The notes under the pieces: model-generated
The model's input: only the letters and a program-made list of their open reading frames with translations
Told to the model about the DNA's origin: nothing
The model's database searches: none
Made by a program: the position numbers and the translations under genes
Assembly: GCA_038496445.1 (NCBI GenBank)
Contig: JALMLS010000343.1
Span: 124,001-188,000, forward strand
Source: Trichosphaerium sp. ATCC 40318
Lineage: Eukaryota; Protista; Tubulinea
Reading direction: 5' to 3'
DNA length: 64,000 nucleotides
Part shown: piece after piece, positions 25,372 to 37,416 of the stretch
Layout of the letters: every line of letters starts with the position of its first letter
Numbering within the stretch: the first letter of the stretch is position 1

Positions 25372-27148
25372 TTAATAAAAGTCGGTTGCGCGGTTGTTCC
25401 TGACAAATGAAGCACGTCTGTGATTGATACCAACCCAGTAGAATTTCTTCCAGTAGCCCATAGGTACAAGGGAGAAAATCCAAAGTGCGGTACCACGCAA
25501 GCAAGCCTTCTTACGCCAATCATGGAAAGGATCAGCAGTCCATCTCAAGAAACTAAAACAGTCAGTCGCCAACGCCAAAAGAAAACAAAAAAAAAAAAGA
25601 AACATTTGAACCCAAACGTACGTAGAAACATCCTTGGCCATTTGAGAAATGGAAGCTGGTGTACCATCTTCGTATTCGACCATATCAGCACGAAGTGGTG
25701 GTGGCATAGAGAGCCATCCACCTTCGAAGTACATGTTGTAATATAGTTTTGGAGGAACTAGAAAGCAAGCATTAACAAAAAGGTTGACCAAAAAAAAAAT
25801 CGGTTAGTTATCACGTACCATCCTCGTAGAGTGGAGGAGGAACATATCCAGTGAGTACACCAAAGATGTAGTTCTCTTGTGGAGGATGCGTCAAAGCATA
25901 GTACGACAAATCAGGTGGCAAAGCACCGCCGTTCATGTAACGCGCCTGAAGCGAGAGTTAAAAAAAAAGGTGATCCCAGAATATGCGTGTAAAAAAAAAC
26001 CCAAACGATTTTACGAGGTTTACGTTTTTCGATTCAAAACAAAAAAAAGGTCATAAATAAATAATAGTTATATATACCACAAGGAATAGACGCTACACGG
26101 CTATGATAGAACCGCGAGACACCTATTTTCCTAAGAGGCGTAGTTTCTTTCCGGCGACACGGCGGTGCACTGCTCTCGACCCAGCAGCACCCAGGAAGTC
26201 ACCGGTACGTAGCTACAAGGTAAAAAAAAGAATTTGGAAAAAAAGACCAAACGTCAAAATTAAGCAAGTGTAGTGGTAAAAGTAGATGTACCTCTTTCTC
26301 ATTGGCGTATGGTCTAGGGATAGGATCCTTACGTGTAGCTGTTCTCTCAAACATTTCACCTTCATCATCAGGACCATCCATAACTTCGAATTCCTTGGCC
26401 TAGACGAGGATGAACAAGAGCTCGCTCAAATCAAAATGGAACTCAAAAAAAAAATGTTGTAGGTGTGTTTGACGGCGAGATTTGTATCGTCAAAACGCTA
26501 ACGCACCATTTGTGTTACTTCAGATTGAGTGTAAGACGAATCTACAAGATGTCGCCAGTATACGTGTTTAATTGGGTGACAAGCGTTTGTTACTTCCATG
26601 TATACCTGGTACGCGAAATAAGCGATTGTTTTTGTGGTTTATTGGGACGCGTTGATTGGTTTCGTCTTTTCGAGCGTAAAAATACTTACTTGGAAGCCAC
26701 GACGTAAGCTAAAGTGATCTAGAGCTTGGTAGTAACCATTGTGTGGGAATGGGTAATTTGGAGGCTCTACTTCTTCTTCAATAAGAGTGGCTTTAGCCTA
26801 GTAGATCACTAAGAGATCGCGTATGCGGTTTACGAAAGCGTACTGGGTCTTTAGTTGCGGACCAAAATGCGAAAGTGGTTCCCACAATGGCAGAGGCAGC
26901 GAGCCAATAGCGTGAAATGGACCTCTCCAAGCTAGCTTGTGCCATGCCCTACCCCTTGCATGTTAATTTTTCTTATTCTTACGACACTAGAACCACAGCA
27001 TTTCGTATGCCAATACGTGTGTTTTAATAGAAACACCGTAAAGACGTGAAGAAAAACGTACAAGGGATCGTGAAGCTTTTGACTGTGCGGAGCGTTGATA
27101 GCTTGTAACTGCATGTTGCGCAAACTTTGAGGTACCGCGACTGAACAT
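25372..27148 (-). CDS. CYC1: Mitochondrial cytochrome c1 (complex III) with atypical TNACH haem motif
   Basis: Presequence MFSRGTSKFAQHAV..., then LDHFSLRRGFQ|VYMEVTNACH, DGPDDEGEMFER, NGGALPPDLS, distal Met in [30 protein letters not shown], and a C-terminal TM segment. A 5'-UTR intron spans about 27149-27345. Confidence 0.95.
26070..26207 (-). ncRNA. Candidate intronic box H/ACA snoRNA/scaRNA in CYC1
   Basis: GC-rich island in a ~345-nt intron. Hairpin CCGGUGAC...GUCGCCGG with internal pocket, hinge AAAGAA (ANANNA), second hairpin, terminal AUA box. G-U pairs fit the minus strand. Confidence 0.6.
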
Positions 27149-27541
27149 CTAGGATACTTTCAGCACGAAATAAACACAACAGGGAGATCGAAACTGATTT
27201 GCCAAAGAGTAGAAGAAAGAATATTGAGAAAGTGAAAGCAGAAGCTTATTGAGTGTTTGTGGAAACAAAATACACTGAGAGCCGCTTGTCTTGTTTTCTT
27301 TTAATTTATGTGTGTAAATTAGCGCAAGTGTAGGATGAAACTCACCTTGAGGCGGCACTTCTTTGTTTCGTTCTCTGGTCTACTTAACAAAAAAAAATAC
27401 GCTAACTTAAGTCAAAAATGAGTTGTTACGTTGCTGTGGTTGTACAACCCTAAATAACGCTACAAACCACTACTAATCATACTGCGGTCACATTACATTC
27501 AGATCCGATGGTGTAAGTTTTTACTGACATTAAAAATGCTT

Positions 27542-29112
27542 TTACGAGCGCCGTTTGTCTTCCAAGTGGCTATAATATACTATATGCTGTGGATCTATCT
27601 CTTTTAACTTTTTCAGAAGATCATCAATATCCTTAGCGTTGCAAGTATCTTTTGTTTCTTCCTCCAGAGCCGATAAAATATTCATAAGTGTCAAGTTAAC
27701 CCCTAAACGAAACAAATAAATTAAGCGTCATACTCATCGTGAGATGTATTTTGAACATACACTTGCTGTCTGGTTCAATAGTAGCTAGTTCTTGTATTGC
27801 CTCCAGTTCTCTGTTTAGAATTTCAACGTAGCGTGATGCATTTTTTTCCTTGGCTTTTAAATGTATTTAGTGTTTTGGACAAAAAAGTGCAGTGTGCAGT
27901 TCTGAGTTTACGTACTTGTACCAAGAAGCCATTGGTGATAAACCCAAGCGCTTTGATCTTGTGGTGCTGTGTAAAACGCGTGTTTAACCAAGTCAAACTC
28001 TATGAGATGTCAGTTAAATGTAAAGAAAAAGAAACATCCTTTAACTTAGCTAAAGTAGTACGTACCATCTTCAAGCGCTGCAATTAATTCCTCTTGTGTT
28101 GTATGCATCTTTGGTAGCAAGTAGCTCCTTTGATGCCATGCAGAATAATTTGAAAAATTTTCATCTATTTTTTTGCGAGTATACTCGAACTCTGTTGTGT
28201 GAGGTACTTCTGCGCGCTAATATCATCGTTAGGAGGTAAAAAAACAACATAGAGGCAAAAATTAAAAAAACCCTCTGAGGACGTACCATCGCTACATAGC
28301 GTCTATAACACCAGCAATGAACTAAAAGAACAAAGTGTCAACGGTGTAACAAATAAAATAAAAGAAATTTGCGTACAGTTTCGATGATCGAGGCTAAGCA
28401 GCTTGGTACATAATCCCAGTTCAATTGTATAGTCTACCTTTGTTTCTGGGATATCTATGATCCATTTCCTGTGGTACCATACCTTGTTCATGTCAATAGA
28501 GAAGGAACTCAAAGCAGAAGCCACTTCGGATGAAAAAACATACCCAGTAAGACTTTGGGTATGATTTAATTGCTCTAAAGAGGAACCCAAGCTCACTTTG
28601 TAACGTCTTGTGTATTTCTTCTTCTGTTAGTTTATCCCTATATTTGTTAGTTGTTTAAACGAGTTTTTCAAATAAAAGGGGTCTGAGGTGTTATCAATAT
28701 GAGGTATTCTCGCACTCACTCTTTGTATTGATCGAGCATGAAGGTTATTATTTGTTTTCGGTAATTCCACATGTCATAACATTCAGGGTTTACTTCTAGT
28801 ACGTTTGCCGAAGCTGTCAAGCCTGTTGATGTAAAGTCTTTTTCATTACGCTACAAAGCTAACGTCAGCGTTTTCACATATAAATAACGCGTGAAACCGC
28901 ATCATTCGCGGTAAATAGGGACATCAAGACAATATCGCCTACTTTATAGATACACACCTTTTTTTGAGCATCTTTAACCGCACTGCAGTATTTTTCGGCT
29001 CGTTTCTTGTCTCGTAACTTCTCTTCGCGTTCTTTCTCGGCGGTCGTCTTTACCTTGCGTACACCGTGCTATGGGGGTAAGAATGGGTCACCTGTCAAGA
29101 ACGTACTCTCAT
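27542..29112 (-). CDS. RABGGTA: Rab geranylgeranyltransferase (GGTase II) alpha subunit
   Basis: N-terminus MR|HGVRKVKT. PPTA repeats NPECYDMWNYR, YPKSYW|VWYHRKW, DHRN|FHCWCYRR, NFSNYSAWHQRS. C-terminal LKEIDPQHIVYY. Confidence 0.9.
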
Positions 29113-29249
29113 TTGATTGGTAAAATTGACTGTTTTTTTCTTTCAGCCAAGAACAGCATTGATTACTTTTTAGCGTTGAACAATCACATTGGATGCACGT
29201 TATCCCATGTACCAACGCGTAATAATAACAGGTATTATTTGACATCACC

Positions 29250-31351
29250 ATGAACCCTCAGTTTAACTTGTGGTTTGGAAACACCTTTCAGGTACCGTCG
29301 AGTAACTAATTGTATTAATATTAACGCTTCCTTTAACTACAGTTTTGTAAAAATGCTATTGAGCGAATTACTGGTATAAATACGCCACAAGAGGTTATAG
29401 AAGGCGAACCAGACCATAAGAGAGTTTTAATTGTATTACCACTCACCAGTAAGTTCCTTTTTCGTCAAAATCTACGAGCGCTCACGCTGTGGTAGCCATT
29501 GAGGAAGTGCCATATGAAATCTTGGCCGCTATACTTGCCTACGAGAGTGCTCCTTTGAGAACTCTATTATCGCGTCGACGGGTTTGTAAGCGATGGAACT
29601 ATGTCGTTCTGAACTACACAAACGAGTTGTACATTTTGGTACGTAGTACATGAACGTTTTTTGCAATAAAGTCTCATAAAGTGATGTAGGATAAAGCATG
29701 GGTGCCGTTCATATCACGGTTTAAACAATTAAATCAACTTGTGTTTCATCTCAGCAATTTTAATGATAGGATAATACGGCATCAATTACGAGAGATCAAG
29801 TACGTTGTTTTCTTAGAAAGCCAGTACAAAGGGGAGCTCCATTTTTTTTGTTTGATCCAATGAAAATGGACTTTGTTTTTTTTTTTTTTTTGGCTTACAG
29901 AACACACTTCAAAAGTGTTGATGTTATATGGCTTAATTTAGTCTCTTAAGCTAATATTTCTAGGCATCTACGCGCTCTCAATATTCTTTTCATAGTTTCA
30001 AAGGTTGATCAAATGCGTCGGGGTAGGTTACGCACTGCTGGCGAGGGATTTTTTCAATCCTTGTCAAACCTTCGATACCTCTACATAGGCGACGATCAAA
30101 TCACTCTTCGTCAACTCATGTCCATTATAAAACACTGTAAATACCTAAAATTTCTCTCCTTGGACATTTGTAGAGGCAATCAGAGGTTGGTCGCATCAAC
30201 GCTTAATTTTAATTTCTCGCGTCTCCGATTTTTACACCTTACGGTACGCGAGAACGTATCACCAGCATACTTTGGTACGTCACAGCTTTGAGATTTCAAA
30301 GACAAATCTTTTGGTCGAAATTGCGTTTTTCTTATTCTTTACAAAAGGCGAGATAGTGCGTGGTATATCACAAACTACAACATTGCGGTATCTGGGACTT
30401 GATTGGACGCATCCTCAAAAAACACAAAAGGCGTGGGTAGACACTTTAATTCCTATTGGAGATCGTCTCATAGAGTTCCACACAGACCATTTGAACGTAA
30501 GACAGACCACAATACTATGAAAACTAACTGATTTTTAAAAAAGGTGTCCCAAGCGTTCCTGAACAGTTTATCGCGTGTAACCGCCCTTCCAAAACTCGAT
30601 TTTGCAACTCAAGACTTTGTTGTTACGCATCTAACACAATTGGAGCTTTTATGTTGTTCTTCCTTTGCGCTTGAGGGAGACAAGTCAAATTGGCTAGAGA
30701 GTCATTCTAGGACATTATCAAACTTGAATAGGCTCACTATTACAAATTCTCACATAAAGACGAATGAGCTGTCACAACTCATAAAATTTTCTTCCCTTAC
30801 ACATCTTGATTTGGTGACCGTTAATGGTAGTCTTGAGCCATTAATAGGCATGAATCAGTTGCGTAGACTTGTTGTAGCATCAACAGAGACGCCTCAAGCC
30901 ATCAGCAACGTCATTGGTCAAATGACGCAACTCTTTGATTTGGGGTACGCCTCGCGGTTTTTTTTTGAGTATCTTTTTGATGTCTACTCGAGCGCGTAGA
31001 TGATTGAGCTAACTCTTTTTTTTTATTTTTAGGCTCGTCTACAACGGTAGTGTATTGATCGACAGCCTTACTAAGCTTACACAACTGGCAATGTTGAGTC
31101 TTTTGCCTAGCTTAGTGGAAGACGCTACTCCATTCTTAAACACCTTGGAAACGATGACGTGGTTGTCTAATCTCACCATTGGAAAGGAGCTCATACCTAG
31201 CAACCTTGCTTTACTTCAAAAAATAGACTTTCTAGAAGTTTTAGCTATTATTTCTGTTGCTGATGAGCAAAATGACGGTGTTCAGCCTAATACTATTTGT
31301 GCTATACGTGAACACTTACCATTGTGTAAAATAATTGTAAAACACGCCTAG
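29250..31351 (+). CDS. F-box + LRR (RNI-like) protein
   Basis: IEEVPYEILAAIL...RRVCKRWN F-box followed by many LxxLxL repeats over several exons. Confidence 0.8.
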
Positions 31352-32465
31352 AGTGATGTACATTAAAGATTAGTTTGTTTTAACGCTATAAAATTACTAA
31401 GTGATAGCACAGGACATTGATAACAATCAGTTAAAAATACTTTCTCGGATTTTTTTTTTTCCCCTTCGTTTTTTGTTAGATGTGAGAAAGTGAGAAGGCT
31501 GAGAACTCTTTTCGAAAAAGAAAAGTAGAAAATAAAGTTGCACGTAATGCATTTAAGGGAATTAACATGTGTTCCACGTTGAATACTGCATAGATTATCG
31601 ACTTTTTTTTTATTTTTGTGTTTTCCTGTTCTATTGCTTTTATTCGCGTAGAGAATACGTATAATGCTGTTTTTTGGAGTTTTATTTTTAAAGTGTCTCA
31701 CATTTTTTATTTATTCTGTAGTATAGTTGTTACATTTTTGGGTATTTTTAACTCACTTATTGTAAAACAAACAGTTTGTACAGTTGTAACGGTTTGTATC
31801 CACAAAAAATAGCTTTTTGAAGAAAGTTTATCCAAAAGCATTTTTACAAAATAAAAAAGATCTAAAAAAACACCGATCTTAGCACTTACAACGTGAACTG
31901 TTATATATACTTGCACTCTGTGTCAATTACGCGGACTATCAGAAAGTCTCAAGGTTGAAATAAAAATGTTTATTTTTGTCGTTTCTTTTCACGGTTTTCG
32001 AAACGTCGCAGTTGTTTTTTTTAAGAAAGGGTGCCGAAGTGAAACTGTTTAACATTGTATACGATTGTTTGTTGATTATAGCTTTGTTTACCTTTTTTAG
32101 TCGTAAGTTCTGTTTTTGTCCGAAATTCGACCTCTTTAGGTAGTCTGTCATCTGCAATAATCTAAAAGGCAATTCAGACATGGGTTACGTTAAAATCCAG
32201 TAGAGGTAAGTCTACAATCTCATATTCTGACCACTTGTTGTAGTTTTAGGGAACAATCACTTTTTTCCGTTTAAAATAAAAGCAACTTTGACGCATTGAA
32301 TACGATAGGTGTCCGCGTTATAGACGTTGTTGTAAAATAGTAATTTTACCATTTTTTGGGCGTTTTTTTTTTTCAAGGGTTTTGAAATTTCGCCATTTTT
32401 CAAAGTCAAAAATACTATTTGAAATTTCATAATCAAAAAACAACCATTGGCTTCGCAACACCTCA

Positions 32466-35415
32466 TGACCTTAAAGCCGAAAACTAATACAGCGATATTA
32501 CTGCTAATATCAGTCCTTGTCATCGTATCTGGACTTGAAATAGAGTTTGGAAGAGAAGCTACTGGACCGATTAGTTTCCAGACAGGTACACCCTTCACCA
32601 ATGTTGCTCGCTTGCGTCTCCATTCCTCGTCTTCTCACTTTGCGTAATGTCTGCTCACTTTCTTTATTTAGCTCAAAATGTGTTAATGATGTACATTACT
32701 GACGCTGGAGTACCTTTATTCAGTGGACAAGTGCGTATTCAATTTTTTGCCTCCGGAAATTTTTTTTTTCGTATTTATTACAAAACGACAATCTCCACAG
32801 GTTTTCAGATATTCATATTTATATTTTTTTTAAGGAACAATGGGCGATAGGAACTGCTAATGATAACGCTGTTTTCCATGATTGGACAGACTTTACTTTT
32901 TCAGATGGGTTAGTTGTCACTGCAGAGTTTTCTGGATCTTCTATTTTGCCAAATTGCTTGGAAGGTTCGATTGGTGATGCCGTATACTGTCCTGGTATCA
33001 AAGCATACATCCGTGACACAAGTGGCGTATTAGCCTCGTACGTAATAATCGAAAAAAAATCGTCATTTTTCGTAAACATTGTGTCGTGGTGAGCGAAAAC
33101 TAACATTGTTTTATTACAGGAGCGCTGAAATATACACTGGAAGCAATAATACACTTTCTTGTGATGGAGAGTTTTGGTCACCTTCAGGTGTTTACGACAA
33201 TGGATTAGCTTTTGAACAACCTCCTCAACCTTCTATGACATTTAACTTTAACGCTGCTACTCAAGAGTTTGAGTTTGATGTAGATGCTGCGTAAGTATTT
33301 TCTGTTCATATCATTTTTTTTTCTGGATTTTTGCTTCGGCTTTTTTTCTTTTATTACATTCCGCCACTTTTTCCGTTATTCATGTGTTTGTTTTAGGTAC
33401 CTCGGTCACGGATACACTTGGGTTATTGACTTCCAACCTTTTGATAATACCGTTGACAGTACTACTTCATACAGTCTCGGAAAAGGTTCATGTGAAAACA
33501 GAGATCTTGGAGACTTTGCTAGTTCAACTTATTCTTTCTCTGAAATGTTCAACTCTGCTCCTCGTTCTGATAAAGCAGATGTAGATGGTGCTCCACCAGC
33601 TGCGCTTGACTCTGATAGTTACATGGCATACAAACAAGGTGGAAACGGATGGGCCTTGACAAGCACATCTTGCTTTGGTATCCAATACGCAAGGACTTTC
33701 TCTGCTGCTGCCATCGAAGCTTGTGCAGCTGATGTAGCCAGTCCAGGAAGCAATACACTCGTATCAGTAACGTACGTTCACTTGTTTCCCCTATGAAATC
33801 TCGAAAGCGCAGATCTGTTGCTTTGTTGTTTTTTTTTATTTGTAGCGCTATATTGACTTGTCTTAGGAATAATGGTACTTATCTTGAGTTTGCTGGTACT
33901 TTGTACGTTACAGCTATTCGTCCAAGAGACCTAAATACATACGACACTGGAGCATTAACTCCATACCTTGCTGCTGAGTTTACATTCCCATGGCAAGTTC
34001 TTTTCAACATGCAAGTTGAAACTTTGGCTGGCGCTACAGCCCAGAGAGAACTCGGTGTACGAAACACTTTCTGCTTATTTTAGTATCAGCGCTGATAATG
34101 ATTGTCAGGTTGTATTTGATAGCATCGGTCTTGTAGACGTTGGTAACGGTGAATTTAAATTGGAAGTTGAATTGACAACTGATACTTTGGACTCTGATTA
34201 TCATCTACTAGACGCCCCAACTTTTACAGATCCTGTCCCATTGGTTGTCGCATTTACTACAGTAGCAACTGTACGTATTCCCAAACTTTTTTTTTAATGA
34301 AATGAGTTATTTCTAAAACACGTGACCTTTAGCCTGATCAAGTACAACAATGGGCTTTTGAATCTGACGCTCAATCAAACTTGCTTGATTTCTCTGGTGA
34401 ATTTATCATTCAGTTTACAAGATTCGCTACAAGCGATAGTAGCGAAAAGAACATCACTATTACATTCACTGTTAGTATCACACCACAACTAACACAACGT
34501 GAAGAAACATCTTTCCTTATTGATATTACATTCCACTCTGACTCAACCTTTAACGATCCTAAATCAGTCTTTGTTCCAGAAGACAGAATATTCGTTTTAA
34601 CACAAGCACAAGGTACTACTTGAAAACCCAAAAAAAAAAAGACTATCCCTCTGTCATACCCACTGAACCATTTTTTTCTAATTTTTTTTTCAAATAGGTA
34701 ATGATGGAAGCGGAAACAAAGTTCCTTTTGACGTTGCTGATGTAAATGCTTATTCCAACAGTATCAAGAACGTTTGGATTTGTATAACTACTGATGATTC
34801 TGAACCGCTTAATGATGGTACAACCGATACAGGTTGCAGATCTTTTGCAGGAAAAGTAAGACCAAAGGCTCAAATCGTATCAGACTTTTCAGTAAGCACA
34901 GACGATAGCCTCACCACTGCTTTGGATGGTACTATCCATGCTACCCCTGCAAGTCAGAATATCAATGAAGGTATTTCTTTCTCTGCAACACCTTTGACAA
35001 ACCCTGCTGTCGGTCTTTCTGACTCTGGTATATTTTGGATTCATGTACGTTCTAATACCTTTTTTTTTTTTTTTGGTCTGTACTCAAAAAGAAAGAACTT
35101 GGCACTGATATCTTTGCTTTAGATTGAAAACATTGTATCTCAAGCCAGCGTCAAAAAGAGTGTCCATACATTCTACAAAAGGGTACGTATCTGAACAATT
35201 TTGTTAGCCCAAGATGCTGGCGTTTGATCAAAACCTACCCAAGAATTATTACTAACTTACAATTTTTGTAGGGTTTGGAACAAAACGGAGATGATGTTCA
35301 AGCACTTCTAAAAGCAAGACTCGATATGTCTATTAACGCAAGTTCACCAGCATCTAACATGTCTGTATGCTTTGTATTGATTCTATGTGCTGCTTTGACT
35401 GCTCTATTATTCTAA
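32466..35415 (+). CDS. Large secreted/GPI-type surface protein, possibly FRAS1/FREM C-terminal-domain-like
   Basis: Signal peptide, about 10 exons, Cys motifs SCENR and VWIC...GC, basic KKS..KR site, C-terminal SSPAS plus hydrophobic tail. Confidence 0.7.
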
Positions 35416-35832
35416 ATAATAGCCTCAAGTACCCCCACCTCGACGAGCTCCAACCATTGTAAATATGACTACTAAGTCATCAAAAAATTGTTAATAAAAA
35501 CATTGTCTTATGAATAATAATTGCCTCAATTGTTTGTTTTAGTACGTACCCCTCGCGATCACACTTGCGAACACCAAACTTCGATACCACAAAACCGCTT
35601 GTTCCACAAAATAGTACTTTTCTTCTTTTTTTCTTCGCTTCAAGCGCAAGAAATCAACATATGTTGAATGCTCGATAACAACACGTGAAAGTGCTACAAT
35701 AATTTTGTTTATTTTTATTTGTTATCTAAATAAGTAATTTAATCTACACATCAAACATTGGAGGCCCTAGTTTCAAAGCACGTGGTGTTTATGTTGATCA
35801 AGAGAACAAACACCCCTCCTTAAAAACAGTGC

Positions 35833-36987
35833 TCAGGTTTTGTTTCTGTTTTGGAACAACAATACAAATACGAGGTTGACAATCTCTTCGAATTCTAATG
35901 ATCCACTTTTATCAACATCAATTGTCTTGAAAAGCGAATCGACCTAAAGATAAAGTTGACACAATCCAACACAACAAAAAAAAAGTCACTTAATAACATT
36001 CTGCTTAAGTTAATGTACGCGTACAATATCTTTACGTGTTGGGATGTTGAGCGCTTTCAATAAAGGAACGAATTCTTGTGGATCAAGTCCACCTGAGTGA
36101 TCTAGAAACTAGGGTTTAGATCAAAGGAGAAGTGACGCCCCAGGTACCTTTGTCCGCAGTTAAGAAAATAACTCTACAAAACCTATTGTATGTCAGTATT
36201 TAAACATTACAACAAGGGTTCGGTACCTTAGGAACAAAGACAAACTGTGAAATTCAGAGAGTTCAATTTTGCCAGAATTGTCGCTGTCAGCCATCTTTAT
36301 CGTGTCAACTAGGGATAGACACTGCTAAAGGGGTACCTTGTACAATACTTTCAATTGACCCTCAGAGAAGTTATACCCAACAGCGCGAAGTGCTTCGCCA
36401 AGTTCCTGCAGAGTGAGTAAGCGTGCAGAGTCACCGACTAATGACTTTGTTTTCTTACCTTTCGGTCAATGTGGCCGTCCGCGTTTTTATCAATGTCATT
36501 GAATGCCTATACGATATTAAACTTTATAGATTGACAGTGTTGTCGCCACTTACTTGGTCCATAATGTACAAGTAGCCTACGCAAAGAATAAATTCAAAAA
36601 AAATAAATTAAGGCTACTAAAATAGGTTTAAATAGACGCTATTACGTACCCATAAGCATAATAAACTCATTAAAATCTACTGCGCCATTATGATTTTGGT
36701 CGACAATCTTTAGTATCGTTGATACGTTTTCCTTGCTGAATACATAATCGCAAGCGCGTAGGGCTTGTTCAAGCTCTTTTTGCTAACCGAGTAAGCGAAA
36801 TATTAAATTTAACAACACGTGGTTCTTTACATCAATATCACCGCTTCCATTCTTATCAAATTTACTGAATATTGCAGCAAATTGCTTTTTTGTGGCTCCA
36901 TCCAAAACCTCTGAGAAGTCGAGTTCTGCGGTTGCGTTAAACGTTGAAAAGTAAATTACGCTCTAATTTAGTTACAGTACCACTCAT
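35833..36987 (-). CDS. Six-EF-hand calcium-binding protein
   Basis: Loops DKNGSGDID, DQNHNGAVD, DKNADGHID, DSDNSGKIE, DK|DHSGGLD and DVDKSGSLE after splicing. Confidence 0.85.
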
Positions 36988-37416
36988 TTGTTACAACTAC
37001 TTTCTTGTCGGCAGTTTATCGGCAAAGATAACGGAATGCAACATTATGACTTAAATTGTGTGACTTAGACCGCGAGACATTCCAAAAAAGCAATTTGAGT
37101 CAAAATGTAAGACTTTCATTGGTCTTGTCAATTTCTCTCAGCGAGATCTGCCCCAGTACTTTCGAGCCACCGTTAGTGTATTCAACAAACAGACTCGGTA
37201 CGTACACCTGCCCAGTCAGTGGCAGCTGAACCAGAGACTAATAAATGTGTTGCCTTTTTTCAAAGTTTTTTTTTAATTATTATTTTATCTGTTTTACAAG
37301 GAGGGTAGTGTGACACTGCTCAGAGAGTAGAAAAAAAAGGGGGTTGAGGCAATGCACAGTGAAAAAAAATTTGACCACTCTACGCGATCATCCAATAAAT
37401 GCTTTTGAGTGGCCAT

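Noticed and set aside
27149-27157. GTATCCTAG resembling a U12 donor
   Set aside because: It is the 3' end of the CYC1 5'-UTR intron, directly before the ATG.
31760-32075. Weak inverted similarity in AT-rich intergenic DNA (possible MITE)
   Set aside because: Too degenerate, with no clear terminal inverted repeats or target-site duplication.
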